From: Diplonema japonicum
Taxonomy: Eukaryota; Protista; Euglenozoa: Diplonemea
Direction of reading: 5' to 3'
Assembly (NCBI GenBank): GCA_964019335.1
Contig: OZ025663.1
Span: 558,001 to 622,000, forward strand
DNA: 64,000 bases
Of this stretch, positions 11,101 to 22,378 are shown piece after piece (within the stretch, counting starts at the first letter, position 1; the number at the start of each line of letters is the position of its first letter). The translations under genes and the position numbers were made by a program. Below the pieces are notes generated by a model. It did not search any database, was not told the DNA's origin, and saw nothing but the letters and a program-made list of their open reading frames with translations.

Positions 11101-12162
11101 TCCCTCTCTCCGTCCTCACCATCGACAAGGTCGCGACTGTTGTCGATAAGATAACAATGGTCCTAACCCCAACAATTGCCCCAGAATACCTTAGGATACA
11201 CACGCACAGTGCTATAGAAGGCCGCCCTCGGTTCCCCATCAGGTTCAGAGACTACCAGTACCCTGTCGCCTACAACCTTACTCAGAACGTCGCGAACACG
11301 CTGTACTATGAAAAGCTCACCATGCCCTTGGAGGAGCTAGAGAAGAAGACAGAGATGTTCATCAGGGCCGTGGACAAGGGCACCGTGCTGGGGAAGTACA
11401 GCGTCGTGCTTGATGTATGACCACCCCCCACCTTTTTTACCCAAACCTCTTTTCCAGAACGACGACTACTACACCGACATCAAGGAAGTGGTGGACAAGT
11501 TGGTCGCAAGACATAAGGCAGATTCTAACGGAGTGGTGTGTGTTGTTAAAACTTTTTGAAAATTCAATTTCCAGGAGGACACTATTCTAACTGCGGACCC
11601 CTCGGACCTGTGCCTGGTCTGCGACACGCCCAGATGCACCATTCAACACATCTTATCATACCACGAAAAGTCAGCCCTTGCAGTTGGGTACGGGTACAGG
11701 TGGAGGGTCGAAAAAAAACCCGCAAAAATACCTGACATGGATGATTCGCACCAGGACCTGGTGCACGTCTACAGGCTGGTGGTGGGGAACTCCTTCAACA
11801 AGATAGATTACGAGTTCCACGGGATGGGGTTTGTCATCAGCTACGCGCACACAGACACCACTGAAGACCTTCGCCAGCGCGTGAGGGGGTACATGGGCTT
11901 GCTGAGCAATACCGATGAAGAGCTAAACGGGACGAACTGGCCCATTTATGTTACCAACGAACACGAGTACGTGAAACTGGCTCCGGAAGAAAATGTTCAG
12001 CTGGCTATTAAAAATCTATCTTCAGAGTGGTACACATCTACTGTTGTTGTAGCAGTCGAGATGCCTGTCTCGCAGAGAGAGACAGACGCAAAGCGCAGGA
12101 AGCTCCAGCAGCAAACTAGGACATGGCATAGACCCGAACAGTCCGTGAAGTTTAAGTCGTAA
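8122..12162 (+). CDS. USP7/UBP15-like ubiquitin-specific protease; exons 8122-8172, 8227-8312, 8359-8430, 8789-11414, 11458-11535, 11575-12162
   Basis: Cys box GHVGLRNQGATCYLNSLIQ, QHDIQEF, His box HSVMVHSGTIHGGHY...WVKFDD. The GT-AG introns (54, 46, 358, 43, 39 nt) keep the frame throughout. The 5' exons are less certain: an alternative micro-exon 8468-8481 or a start at ATG 8937 is possible. Confidence 0.8.
8476..8760 (+). mobile_element. Dispersed SINE-like retroposon, degenerate copy 1, inside a predicted USP intron
   Basis: Colinear similarity to 38743-39100, including the identical blocks CTCAGGGTGACGAACAGGCAGCAAACTGCA and AGCGCAGAATCTTGGTTACCCG. It starts at GGTGGGG and ends in a T-rich tail. 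Confidence 0.7.
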
Positions 12163-12960
12163 GAGAGTCAAGAGGAAAAACAAAACCTAGCCAAAGTACC
12201 CTCATTAAGTCTTTTTTTTTTTTTTTTTTCTTCTTCTTTTTTTTTTTTTCCGGTTTTTTGTTTTTTTTTTTGTTTTTTTTTAGCCACTTGTTACCTAGTG
12301 GTTCCCTCCTTGTACACGATACCACATGCGTCCCTCCTTTTTCTCTAAGGTTGGACCCCTCCTTTCCCCCCTCCCCGAAAAGAAGCTCAGAAGAAAAGTA
12401 CAGATTTTTTTTTTTTTTTTTTCTTTTTTTTTTTTGTGAAAGAAGCCAAAGTTTCGTAGTTTCGTTCCCCGGCATTCTTTTTAAGAACGGTGCATGACTC
12501 CCCTCCCCCCCTTTTTTTTCTTTCGAGAAATCGAAAAACGGCTTTTTTTTAAAAGGGGAAAAAGTATTTTCTTAGAGACCAAAAATGTTTTTTTCTTCTT
12601 CTTTTTTCTGTCCGCTCCTTGCAAGACTATATGTACTTGTAGCGAACCCCATAACATTGCATGACCTACCCGTTCGTGAACATTTTTTAAACTCTCGGAT
12701 GGAAAAGGGGTTCTGCCTTTATGACCAGACGCTAAAAGTTTTTTTTTGGTCTTTTTTTTAATACCAATCTTACCCCCCCCCTTTTTTTATCTGCAAGGAG
12801 TCTTTGACTTACAAAAGAGGGCGCATCAACGCCTTGTTTTTTTTTTTTTTTTTTCTTTTCTTTTTTTCCTTTCTTTTTTTTCTTCCCGATGGTCGTTACT
12901 CACACTGTTCCCCTACACACGCACACACATTAGCAAAAAGATTACCCTCCTTTCATTCCT

Positions 12961-12994
<34 letters not shown>

Positions 12995-13743
12995 TATTTA
13001 ACAAGTGCTGCTCAGATTCTTGTAAGAGTAAAGAAGAGTAGTGGTAGCATGCAGTATTTATCCCAGGATTTATACCGTGTGCGCAAAACAAGATTTTGTA
13101 GAACCAACGGAAAGGGATGGGGAGGGGGAGGAGGGGGGAACGAAGGGGAGACGACGATATCTTTTCTCCTTCAGTGATTTTTTTTTTTTAACGTTACTGG
13201 AGGGGGGGTTTTGGAGTAAGGGGAGAAAAGGGGGGAGTGTCCCCAACAGAACGGTACAACTTTCTACAACTTTCTTTATCCCACCGCTCCCTCCCTCTCG
13301 CTCTTCTTTGTGGTCTCAAGCACCCTAGCCTGGCTGAGAACACCCTTCGCGCCATTACCTCTCCTCTATCCATCCTGTTCTCGAGCCCCCGCACTGCAAT
13401 AATTTCTTTTGTTGAATGAAAGGCAGAGCGGGGAACGAGAATTCTCCACGAGGGGAGGGGAAAGAGAAGAAAAAAGAAGGGGGGGGGTGAGGGAAAGGAA
13501 AGTGATCGAACACCAAAGGGAAACTGACAAAAAAGAAAAAAGGAAGGGAGGGAGAGACGAGAGGGTACAACCGCAAATCTTAGTCTTGTCCTGGAAGAAG
13601 AAAAAAAAAAAAAGAAAAAAAAAAAGAAGAAAGAAAGAAGAAAAAGTGTCCCGGAAAGAGAAAATTAAGAGATTTACAATGAATGGTTTATTGGTCTTGT
13701 TCCCCTTTCATAAATACCTCTGCAAACCCTTCAGGCAGGCACC

Positions 13744-16255
13744 ATGCACTCCGATGATGCTATCCAAGCAATGCAAATAGAACCTGAAGCAAGGCCAGCC
13801 CGTAAAAGTGTAGTCGTAATTGTTCCTGAGAGAGCGGATGAAATACAGGCAGAGGAAGAGGACGAGGAATGGGAGGACGATCTACCGTCGCCGACATTAG
13901 AAGAGAGGGGGAAGCGAGGGGCGTACCACAAGCCGAGGGCCCCACGGCCTGTTGACCTGGTGTTGTTGTCGGACGATGACTCAATAAAGAGCCCTGTGAG
14001 TAGTATTTTATCCCCGGTGCAGGTTCCAACGCCACCACCATCCCCTGTGGACATGCTGATACAGGAGACGAAGAAGCTGTTCACTGAAAGAAAGCCTGAG
14101 ATGCTCACGCCTGTCCGGGGTGCTACAAGAAGCCCAGCAAGGATTAGGAAGCCGCCGCCACAGTCCCCGCCACCCTCGCGGTCGGAGGTGACACAGGCAG
14201 CGCTTGCACGAGCGTCGCCCCTGCGGTACGGGTCCCCCCCTGTGAACACACGGCGATTCGTTAAAAACACCAGCTTCGCACCTCCTCCGCCGCCCATCCC
14301 CGAGGACCCTGTCCCGTCCCCTCAGCAGCAGTCGGCTAAGCGTACCAAACCCGCTTTCCACTTCTCCCGTCCCATCCCTTACACTGCAAAAAGGAGATCA
14401 TCCACTACTATTTCGCATTCCTCAGTATCTGTGCCCCTGCCCGCACCGGGGAGGAAACGCGAGGCGGTATGCTACCAGAGAAGGGGGGGGGGGGGGGGGG
14501 GGGGGGGGGTCATATGGTCCTTAAAAAGGGCCACTTTTTGCCCTTTTTCAGGCTCTTCGCCAAGGGCATTTTGGGCCCTTAAAAAAACTGTAACCACCCC
14601 AAAAGTGCCCACAAATCACCCAAACCCCCGGAAACCATCGGGAAACGGGGGTTTGGGTGATTTGTGGGCACTTTTGGGGTGGTTACAGTTTTTTTAAGGG
14701 CCCAAAATGCCCTTGGCGAAGAGCCTGAAAAAGGGCAAATAACGACCCCCTTATGACCCCCCCCCCCCCCCCCCCTAGGGCTATGCTGGCAGGAAACGTG
14801 GAAACGTTTCCGTTTCCATGTTTTTAAAATTCTCATGGAAACGGCTATGTATATTTCGGTAAACACTGTTTAGAAGGTCCTTATTTATTTGGGGTTTTTG
14901 AAGATACTTACTTTTGGGGTTTTACAAGGAAAGCGCACGTCGGTCTCTACAAAAACGAAAGTAAACATGGTCCAGAGAAAGCACCCCCTGGGAGGCGCTT
15001 TGTGGAATGGGGTGGAGGTTCAGGCGGAGGATGGGAAGAAGAAGACAGTAAAATGTCGCTTCTGTGATATGGTCTTCACAGTAGCGTCAACCAGCAGACT
15101 CCGCGCCCACATGTTCCAAACAAAAGGCCAAGAAGTAACGACGTGTGTCCCCAAAGGGGATAGTGTGGAACCCCACAAGAAGCTGTTGGAGAAAGCGACA
15201 GCGGAGGCGAAGGCTGAGGCAGAGGGAACGAAGAAGCGTAAAGTGGAGAACAGGCCAATGACGCCATTTTTAACTGCTACAAGCACGCCAGACGACGTGG
15301 ACAGGGCTGTTCGGGATTTCTTTCTCGAAACTGGGACCCCATTTTTGAGGGTCGAACATCGGTATGATGTTTATCTGTTTCGTGTCCTCTCATATTTTCT
15401 GTTCACAGAACATTCAAGGCACTGTTTGAGAAGGTGAAGCGCCTTCCGCTCGGGGCCACGTACAAGCTACCGGACAGGAAAGCTCTGAGCGGAAGGCTGG
15501 TTGATGACACTGTTCAAAAAATGGATGCCACAATCGCATCCTTCATCGAAACCCAGAAGATTTCCCCAGGGCGCCACCAACACTGGCCCCCTTTGTCTCG
15601 TATATTTCTTCCGAGTGATTTGCCCCCAAAAAAAATAAGTCTCTAAAACCCCCAAAATAAGGAAACGTTTCTGCCCCAAGGAAACGGCCCCAAAATGGGG
15701 AAACGTTTCCGTTTCCGTTTCCCTTTTTTTCCAAAAACGCGTTTCCATGCCAGCATAGCCCTAGGGGGGGGGGGGGGGGGGCGAGAAAAAGGGGAAAAAA
15801 TAAAAAACAGACCCACGCAAAAAGCAAACAGCCGCAAGTTGCGAGCAATAAATCGAAGTCTTCGTATGTAGTTGTCCCCCTCGATCCTCACCTTCACCCT
15901 CCAGGCGAACAGCAGGGTGGATCCCAAGCACTTACGAGCCGAAGAGCAGTCGGCCGTCGGTGAGAAGCAAGTATGAAGGCGAAAAAAGAAGATTTTGAGT
16001 TTCTTTTTTTTTTCTTTCTTTTTACCAAGGTCGTCGCAAAGCGCGAGTCACCTGCCCACAAAGGGTGCCAAGGAGGTGTCACGGGTGGAAGGTTCGCTCA
16101 CCTCGAGAAGGGGCAGCGTGGGGTACCAGTCCCGGAGCTCTGTGCCTGCTAGTTTTAGCAGAACGTCCACAGGCGACAGACTGGTCAGCAGCGGCGTCCC
16201 ACTCAGCGCAAAGCAGGCCTATCACCGTTCCCACACAGACATCAGAAGGAGATGA
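13744..16255 (+). CDS. Pro/Ser/Arg-rich low-complexity hypothetical protein; exons 13744-14466, 15811-15863, 15905-15970, 16030-16255
   Basis: GTATG donors at 14467, 15864 and 15971 and AG acceptors at 15810, 15904 and 16029 give one uninterrupted frame ending in the 15995-16255 ORF. Intron 1 (1344 nt) holds two mobile elements. Confidence 0.65.
14483..14775. mobile_element. Foldback/MITE-like palindromic element
   Basis: Perfect 94-bp inverted arms at 14537-14630 and 14646-14739 around a 15-nt loop. The outer ends G-run+TCATA and TATGA+C-run are also inverted. Confidence 0.75.
14781..15758 (+). mobile_element. Non-autonomous (internally deleted) hAT DNA transposon
   Basis: 8-bp direct repeat CCCTAGGG at 14773-14780 and 15759-15766. 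TIR CTATGCTGGCA/TGCCAGCATAG, or 16 bp (TAGGGCTATGCTGGCA) if TAGGG is counted as part of the TIR. Repeated subterminal GGAAACG/CGTTTCC motifs at both ends. It encodes a transposase 5' fragment. Confidence 0.85.
14967..15646 (+). pseudogene. Truncated hAT transposase (BED zinc finger plus following helical region; no catalytic DDE domain); intron 15362-15408
   Basis: BED finger LW...VKCRFCDMVF...SRLRAHM...VTTC. After removing the 47-nt intron the frame reads VRDFFLETGTPFLRVEHRTFKALFE...YKLPDRKALSGRLVD, typical of hAT transposases. The frame then runs into the right subterminal region. Confidence 0.8.
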
Positions 16256-16901
16256 GGCATTTATATGGTTGCTTCTTTTTTTTTCTTCTTTTTTAACCTT
16301 AGAATATGGTAAGTTCGTTTTCTATTAGCCCCATGACCACGGGAGCCTTCTTTTCGCCTTCTTTTCTCTCCCCTCAAAACTCTATGTTTAAATCTTCTTT
16401 CTTTTTTAAATGTCTCTTTTTTTTTTTTTTTTTTTACAGCTGTCACAGACCCCCAACAAGGCTGTCCCACAGTTAAGCCCCTTAAAAGAATAGTTTCTTT
16501 TTTTTTTTTTTTTTCCCCTTCCTTGCTCTTTTCTCTTTATATCTGCGTTACATGCACGCAGCTCGCCGTCTTGGGCGTTCTAATATGTTATGTGTCTGAA
16601 GAAAAGATTCTTTTTTGAAAAAGATATGAAAGAAGAAGGGGAGGGGGGAGAAGAGGAAGAAGCGAAAGGAGAGTAATAACAAAACCGTTTTTTTATCCCC
16701 CCTTCCCCCCCTCTCCCCCTTTTAACTGGGATTTTGGAGGAAACAAAAGATTCTACTTAGCTACATAGCAGGAGGTTTCAATTATCCGCTCCCCTTATTC
16801 TCTTTTTTTTTTTTTTCTTTCTTATTTTTTTTCTTCTTCCACTTCTTCTGGCATTTGCTCTTTTGGAGACACGCTATAGGAAAGTGTAGAAAGAAAAAAA
16901 A

Positions 16902-16939
<38 letters not shown>

Positions 16940-17297
16940 GCTTTTGATTTAAGGAAATAGAAAGAAAGTAACTTCCTACTGGGATTCAAAAAAAAGGGGA
17001 GGGGGTCAGAATTACAGGAGAAGTGACGCCCTTTCAAGAAAAATATTTCTTCTCTCGTGCCAGCATTATTATAGGTTCTCAGGGGAAAATACAGCCCTCA
17101 ATGTCGATCAGTAGTGCTACTTCTTCTTCTTCTTTTTTTTTTTTTTTTTTTTTTAATATACAGCGCGTTATCATGGGGCATTGGTGTTCGAACGTTGAAA
17201 GGTGCTCGTCGCCCAAGCTTCTAGGGATTCCTTCAAGGATAAGGGTTTAATTCTTTTTTTAACTGATAACAATGATGCGCGTGTATATGGTCTTTTT

Positions 17298-17330
17298 CGT
17301 CCTGCCACATACCGCAGGTACCCTTAAATG
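17298..17330. repeat. Short intergenic hairpin motif, copy 1 of 3 (others at 26525-26555 and 31270-31302)
   Basis: CGTCCTGCCACATACCGCAGGTACCCTTAAATG, compared with CGTCCTGCCACACCGCAGGTACCCTTAAATG and GATCCTGTCACATACTGCAGGTTCCCTTCAAAG. Confidence 0.65.
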
Positions 17331-17337
17331 TCTTTTT

Positions 17338-17373
<36 letters not shown>

Positions 17374-17639
17374 CTCTAAATCGTTGCAAATAACCACCCC
17401 CGCCAGTGCCATACATGGTTACCGGCAACAAACAAAAAAAAAAAAAAAGAGAGAAAGGATTTTTTTTATCCTTCAATTAAACTTTTTTTTTTCTAATAAT
17501 AAAAAAGGCGTTAAAAAAAAAAAAGCCCCCCCCTCCTTTTTGAGTCGGTTGTTCCCTTTACTCAGAAGCTTATTATCTTTTTTTTTGTCCCTATTCCACA
17601 CCAGTCACAGAGAGGCAGGGGGTAGGAAGAAGAAAGGAC

Positions 17640-19097
17640 ATGGAAGGTTTAAAGGCAGCCGTTGTAAGGGAAAAGTTAATGTACAGAACACTACAGAACC
17701 CGAAAGGGAAAGGGGGTGAGGGTGTGGACTATCAGACCATCGACACTGACGCTCTAAGGAGGAGGGACGGTGTTGTTACTTCGAGTCGGCTTTGCTCTGC
17801 AGGGTCTGGGACTACAGGGTCTTTGTGGTCGGTGCCGTCGTCCTCTTGCAGTGAGGAAGCTTCTAAGAAGCATCTTGTCCTGCACAGCAATGTTATAGAA
17901 GCCGTCCTGAGCTTCCTCCCTCCCTTGGATCGATCCCGTGCCCGCCGTATCAACTCGTCTTGGGCACGACGGAGTCTCAAGAAGAGTTCCTCTTCCCGTC
18001 TCAAGCTCCTCCCAGCAGCCCCCTTAGAAACGCCCCTCAACTCTAGCATCACCGCCCTCCTCTTCTTTCCCCTCAGCAATGGCACCAACAACCTCGGCCT
18101 CTTCACCGGCGACGAAAAAGGTGCACTCACTCTGCGAAGTAAGGACGAACCCTTTACCACCCTGCAGCATATCTACCTCACCAGCCCTGTTGTCCACCTG
18201 ACGCACTCGGACAAGGGCAAGTCCCGATGGGTGTACGCTGCGCTCCGATGTAAAGCTCTCTGCATCGTGGCAGTCCATAAGTGCACACCGGACAAGGTTA
18301 GAAGAAAGCAGGTCCCTCCGTTCCAAATCGTGAAGCGCATCGACCACCTTGAGCATGTGATGCCGCACCCGACGCCCTCCGTACCGCTCCTTGCAGGTGT
18401 CGGGGTTGACAAAAAGGGAATTGAAATATGGGACTTAAGTAGAAGTCAGCTCGACAGCACTGCACCCCGTGCAACCACGTGTTTACCTTTTTCCATGTCA
18501 GTCTCGTTGCTAGCCACTCATGACGGCGGCCTTGTTATTGGGGGGAGGGAGGGCATGATCGTTGGCTGCACGTGGAGGGGTGCAGTGCTCTACAGTCTCA
18601 CACCTCATAAGGGTCCTGTGCTCTGCTTGCAGGAAGTAGACGATGTCATGGTCTCCTTAAGTGGTGGGGGGTGCGTGGTGGTCAGCAATGGGGCATCGAT
18701 TCTCCGTTCGTACTGCATTCCTTCGTACTTGCCGTCCTTCGGGATGCCTGCCTCGATGGCTGTACAGGGGAAGTACATTGCTGTGGGAAGCCAAGAAGGG
18801 CACATTGCCATCTTTGGGCCTAACGGGTTCTTTGCGTCTCTCAAAGGGCACGACAGTGCTGTGACCACATTGCATCTCTCGCCTTCTTTGATGCTGACAT
18901 CTGTCTCCCCGTCAGGCACCTGCTTCGCCTGGTCTGTCGGACGGATCGACACTGGCACTGGGTATCCTTCCAAGACGGTTCTTGAGCGCTTCGACACCCC
19001 ACTCCCTGTGTCCCTCGTCGCGCGGGATAAGCACGGCGAATGCACGGGTGTCTACAACGGCAGCACCGGTAAAACCCTTGTCTTCATTCCTTGCTGA
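17640..19097 (+). CDS. F-box/WD40-repeat protein
   Basis: F-box-like LHSNVIEAVLSFLPPLDRSRARRINSSW. WD repeats include IEIWDL, PHKGPVLCL, IAVGSQEGHIAIF and LKGHDSAVTTL...CFAWSV. Confidence 0.7.
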   Translation: MEGLKAAVVREKLMYRTLQNPKGKGGEGVDYQTIDTDALRRRDGVVTSSRLCSAGSGTTGSLWSVPSSSCSEEASKKHLVLHSNVIEAVLSFLPPLDRSRARRINSSWARRSLKKSSSSRLKLLPAAPLETPLNSSITALLFFPLSNGTNNLGLFTGDEKGALTLRSKDEPFTTLQHIYLTSPVVHLTHSDKGKSRWVYAALRCKALCIVAVHKCTPDKVRRKQVPPFQIVKRIDHLEHVMPHPTPSVPLLAGVGVDKKGIEIWDLSRSQLDSTAPRATTCLPFSMSVSLLATHDGGLVIGGREGMIVGCTWRGAVLYSLTPHKGPVLCLQEVDDVMVSLSGGGCVVVSNGASILRSYCIPSYLPSFGMPASMAVQGKYIAVGSQEGHIAIFGPNGFFASLKGHDSAVTTLHLSPSLMLTSVSPSGTCFAWSVGRIDTGTGYPSKTVLERFDTPLPVSLVARDKHGECTGVYNGSTGKTLVFIPC

Positions 19098-19176
19098 ACC
19101 TCGCTTTACAGCAGGACAATGCCAGTTAACCTTTCAGTTCTAGATAGTGCACCACATCCAAATCATCACAGGAAAG

Positions 19177-20640
19177 ATGCACAAGAAAATCGGGATAGTG
19201 GTGGACTTACCCACCAATGTGATAACGAGCATGCTTGAAGAGGGTATGAAGAAGACGAAGCAGGAGACAGTGAAGAGCAAGACGGAAGTGATGGCAGAAC
19301 CTATTGATGAAGAGGACAGGCTGCGGCGTAAGGTGGTGCATGCCTTGGCGTTGGGGGACAAAACGCAACAAGCGCTGCTAGGCTATGTGGAGGAGGAGAA
19401 GATTGATGCGGTGTTTCTAAAGAAGAGTGCAGCGAAGCTATGGGCGTACAACAAAACAGAAAAGGTTTTCAAGCTAAGTGTAGAGGCGTATGTGGACAAA
19501 GTGTACATAGGGGCATGGCCGTGGACGGAGGAAGAGCAAGCCAAGGTAGCAGAGCTGGCCATCTCGCGGGGTACGTCTCTCGGTGTCAAGAAACGGACGC
19601 TAATTAAACAGAAGTACACCCCCTACAGCAGCGCCGACCCCGACACTCAGGAGCTAGGCATTCGCATGGGCAACACATCAAACAGGTCTTCAGGCTTTCT
19701 GGCAGGGAACGCGGACTATTTCTGCGTGTTCAACGAAGAGCTCACCATTCCGTCCGCGAGCACCACTGGTTCTTTCGTGGTCCGCCTTGGCCCTAAAAGC
19801 ATCATGGATCCCTTGCACTTGCAGCAACCAGGGTCTTCTCAGCTGTTCTTAGATGCTAACAACAAGGCCATTCCTGTAGTCAGCCAAGCGTCAAAAGTAA
19901 CAAGCAAAAGCCAAAAAGTAGAAGAGCATCCTAAGGTTGCACCTAAATCTCAAGAAGAAGGCAAAAATGCCTCACGCAGGATGCACGCTGCAGTCATGGC
20001 CCTGTCCTCCTCGTCCTCGTCTGTACCAGATGCCGTTAAACGCAGAAGGCTTGAGGGAGGTCGGAAAGCGGCGGCGGGCCAGCCAAAAGCTGCACAGGAA
20101 GAAGTGACCTTCATAAAGCCCTTGGTGAGCACGTATTCACGCACTCAGCTACAGAGCTTTGCTGTCAAAGCGAAGAAAGCCACTCTTGCCGAGGCGAAGA
20201 AAATGAAACAAGCCGAGCTTATCCGACTGCTGTCCGAAGAAAAAGAGGCTAAGGAGGATAAAAAGCCCGAGGATGCTGTGAACACACCTCAGAAAGACAA
20301 CACCACAGACCTTGACACGATGCTTCAGAACTTTGAATGGGACGTGTCCTCATGCACACCCAATGAGTACACCAGGCTGGCAAGCCAATACGATGCGATT
20401 GTCAGCCAGCATTATCTGCCAGGCAAGAAGAAGCTCGAGGAGTTCATTAAGTCATGCGACATATCCGTCGCCAAGCATGCAGAGACAGATGACTCAAAGG
20501 AGCGAGAAGTGCTGGAGACATGGTACGCAACCAACGCCCCTCCAGCCACAGAGGCGATGGAAAAACATCTCGAGCTGAAGACGGTCTTGCAGGCAGCAAG
20601 TGCAAGGCTTACGACTTTGCGCAGGTTGCATACAATGTGA
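19177..20640 (+). CDS. Hypothetical protein, possible Rho_N/HeH-like nucleic-acid-binding motif
   Basis: Long ORF. YSRTQLQSFAVKAKKATLAEAKKMKQAELIRLL resembles Rho_N (L...A......SKM.K.ELI..L). NLS-like KRRR. Confidence 0.55.
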   Translation: MHKKIGIVVDLPTNVITSMLEEGMKKTKQETVKSKTEVMAEPIDEEDRLRRKVVHALALGDKTQQALLGYVEEEKIDAVFLKKSAAKLWAYNKTEKVFKLSVEAYVDKVYIGAWPWTEEEQAKVAELAISRGTSLGVKKRTLIKQKYTPYSSADPDTQELGIRMGNTSNRSSGFLAGNADYFCVFNEELTIPSASTTGSFVVRLGPKSIMDPLHLQQPGSSQLFLDANNKAIPVVSQASKVTSKSQKVEEHPKVAPKSQEEGKNASRRMHAAVMALSSSSSSVPDAVKRRRLEGGRKAAAGQPKAAQEEVTFIKPLVSTYSRTQLQSFAVKAKKATLAEAKKMKQAELIRLLSEEKEAKEDKKPEDAVNTPQKDNTTDLDTMLQNFEWDVSSCTPNEYTRLASQYDAIVSQHYLPGKKKLEEFIKSCDISVAKHAETDDSKEREVLETWYATNAPPATEAMEKHLELKTVLQAASARLTTLRRLHTM

Positions 20641-20717
20641 CATCATAGGGTCAATGGGGATGGGTTTTTTTATAGCGTTGATTAAAACCTCAAGAGCATC
20701 ACAAAATACAGGATTCC

Positions 20718-22280
20718 ATGGCGCTGAGCTATTCATCGCTCCCAAGGTACTATGGGAGCACTTCGCCTTCCCCGACAAGCAGGGGTGCTTCCCCAACGAG
20801 CAGAGGTGCACGGTCGCCCTCATATCAAAAGCGCAGGCAGCAATTGTTGGAAGGAACACCTCTGCAACGTGAGTATCAAGCCCAGCCGCCGGGCAGGGCC
20901 TCAGAGGTCATACCTAACAAGCTGTACTTTGTGTTGGTAGCTTCCCCCCCACGCGACACAGCCAGGTCACACTACTTCCAGGTTGACACAGTGCTGACGT
21001 ATGAGCCATTTTTCTTGGACTTTGGGCCTCTGCACGTCGGGCACGTGAAACGCTTCGCGGACATGCTGGATGCGAAGCTGCGAGACCCGCAGCTGTCGGC
21101 AAAGGTGATTTACTTCTACTCTATGTTTGACGATAGGAAGGCTGCCACCAATGCTGCTTGCATGATCGCCCTCTATGCTGTGCTGAAACTGCGTAAATCA
21201 AGCAATGACGCCCTTGCCATGGTGCACAACTGGTGTCATTGCTTCATGCACTTCAAAGACGCGTCTCCCCACCACTACACCTTCGACCTCACAGTGGCAG
21301 ACGTTGTGCGAGGTGTCGAGCGTGCGGTAGGCAACGGGTGGCTCTACATCGACTCCTTCGATGCAGATGCCTACGAGCACTATGAGCAGTTGGTGAATGG
21401 CGACTGGAACTGGATCATCCCTGGCAAGTTCCTCGCTTTCTCAGGGCCAAACGGCCCACACACCACCTTCACACCGCAGCAATACACTCAGCTTTTCAAA
21501 ACCTTGGGTGTGACCACAGTCGTGCGTCTAAACAAGAAGCTGTATCCATCTTCCATATTCACACAAGCGGGTTTTGCACACCATGACTTGTTCTTCTCCG
21601 ACGGTTCGAACCCCCCGCAAGACATCATAGATGCCTTCATGAAGCTGTCGGAAGGGAACGCATGTGTGGCCGTGCACTGCAAAGCTGGTCTTGGCAGGAC
21701 TGGGACCCTGATAGCCTTGCGTATGATGAATGACTACAATTTCACTGCGCGAGAGGCAATGGGATGGATACGCCTGTGTAGGCCTGGTTCTATTATCGGG
21801 TCACAGCAAGAGTTTTTGGCTGAAATAGAAATGAGGATGCACCAGCAGACACCTCAGCATAACCCGTATCAGCACCACCAGCCAGGGCAGACTGGGTCGC
21901 TGCAGCAGCAGCTTCAGAGATCGCAGCACCAATTACAACCTGAGCGGCAATACTCCCAGCATCAGCAGCCACTCCAGCAACCTCAACACCTACCGCCGAC
22001 TGAACAGCAGCCACAATACCAGCAGCCGCTTCAGCGCCGTGAGTTTCAACCACATTACCAGCAGCAGCAGCAACAACAACAACAACAGCTGCACCAGCAA
22101 CAAACGCGGCCTACAACACCCCGAGTTGTAAGTACTAGAGAGCATTTTGTTGATCCTAGCGTTCTGCAAGCGGCCACTCAGACGGCCGCGCCTCAGGACA
22201 GCCCATGGTGGATTCAGGGGGCATCTACTTCTCGGCCACAAAGTGGTCCTCCGACGAACCACTACGCGGCACTGCGGTAG
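20718..22280 (+). CDS. CDC14: Cdc14 dual-specificity phosphatase with Q-rich tail
   Basis: YEPFFLDFGPL, ENGD-like LVNGDWNWIIPGKFLAFSGP, VVRLNKKLY, HHDLFFSDGS, catalytic VAVHCKAGLGRTGTLIA, WIRLCRPGSIIG. Confidence 0.93.
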   Translation: MALSYSSLPRYYGSTSPSPTSRGASPTSRGARSPSYQKRRQQLLEGTPLQREYQAQPPGRASEVIPNKLYFVLVASPPRDTARSHYFQVDTVLTYEPFFLDFGPLHVGHVKRFADMLDAKLRDPQLSAKVIYFYSMFDDRKAATNAACMIALYAVLKLRKSSNDALAMVHNWCHCFMHFKDASPHHYTFDLTVADVVRGVERAVGNGWLYIDSFDADAYEHYEQLVNGDWNWIIPGKFLAFSGPNGPHTTFTPQQYTQLFKTLGVTTVVRLNKKLYPSSIFTQAGFAHHDLFFSDGSNPPQDIIDAFMKLSEGNACVAVHCKAGLGRTGTLIALRMMNDYNFTAREAMGWIRLCRPGSIIGSQQEFLAEIEMRMHQQTPQHNPYQHHQPGQTGSLQQQLQRSQHQLQPERQYSQHQQPLQQPQHLPPTEQQPQYQQPLQRREFQPHYQQQQQQQQQQLHQQQTRPTTPRVVSTREHFVDPSVLQAATQTAAPQDSPWWIQGASTSRPQSGPPTNHYAALR

Positions 22281-22378
22281 AATGCATAGACTAGATGCTT
22301 TTTTTTTTTTTTTTTGTATTTGATTCATGCTGAAGTGCATTTTTTTTTCTCCTTCGTATAAAGTGCTTCACCACAGTC

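Noticed and set aside
14467-14866. Near-identical peptides on opposite strands (end of ORF 13744-14697 and ORF 14579-14866)
   Set aside because: This is an artefact of translating the palindrome, which is intronic.
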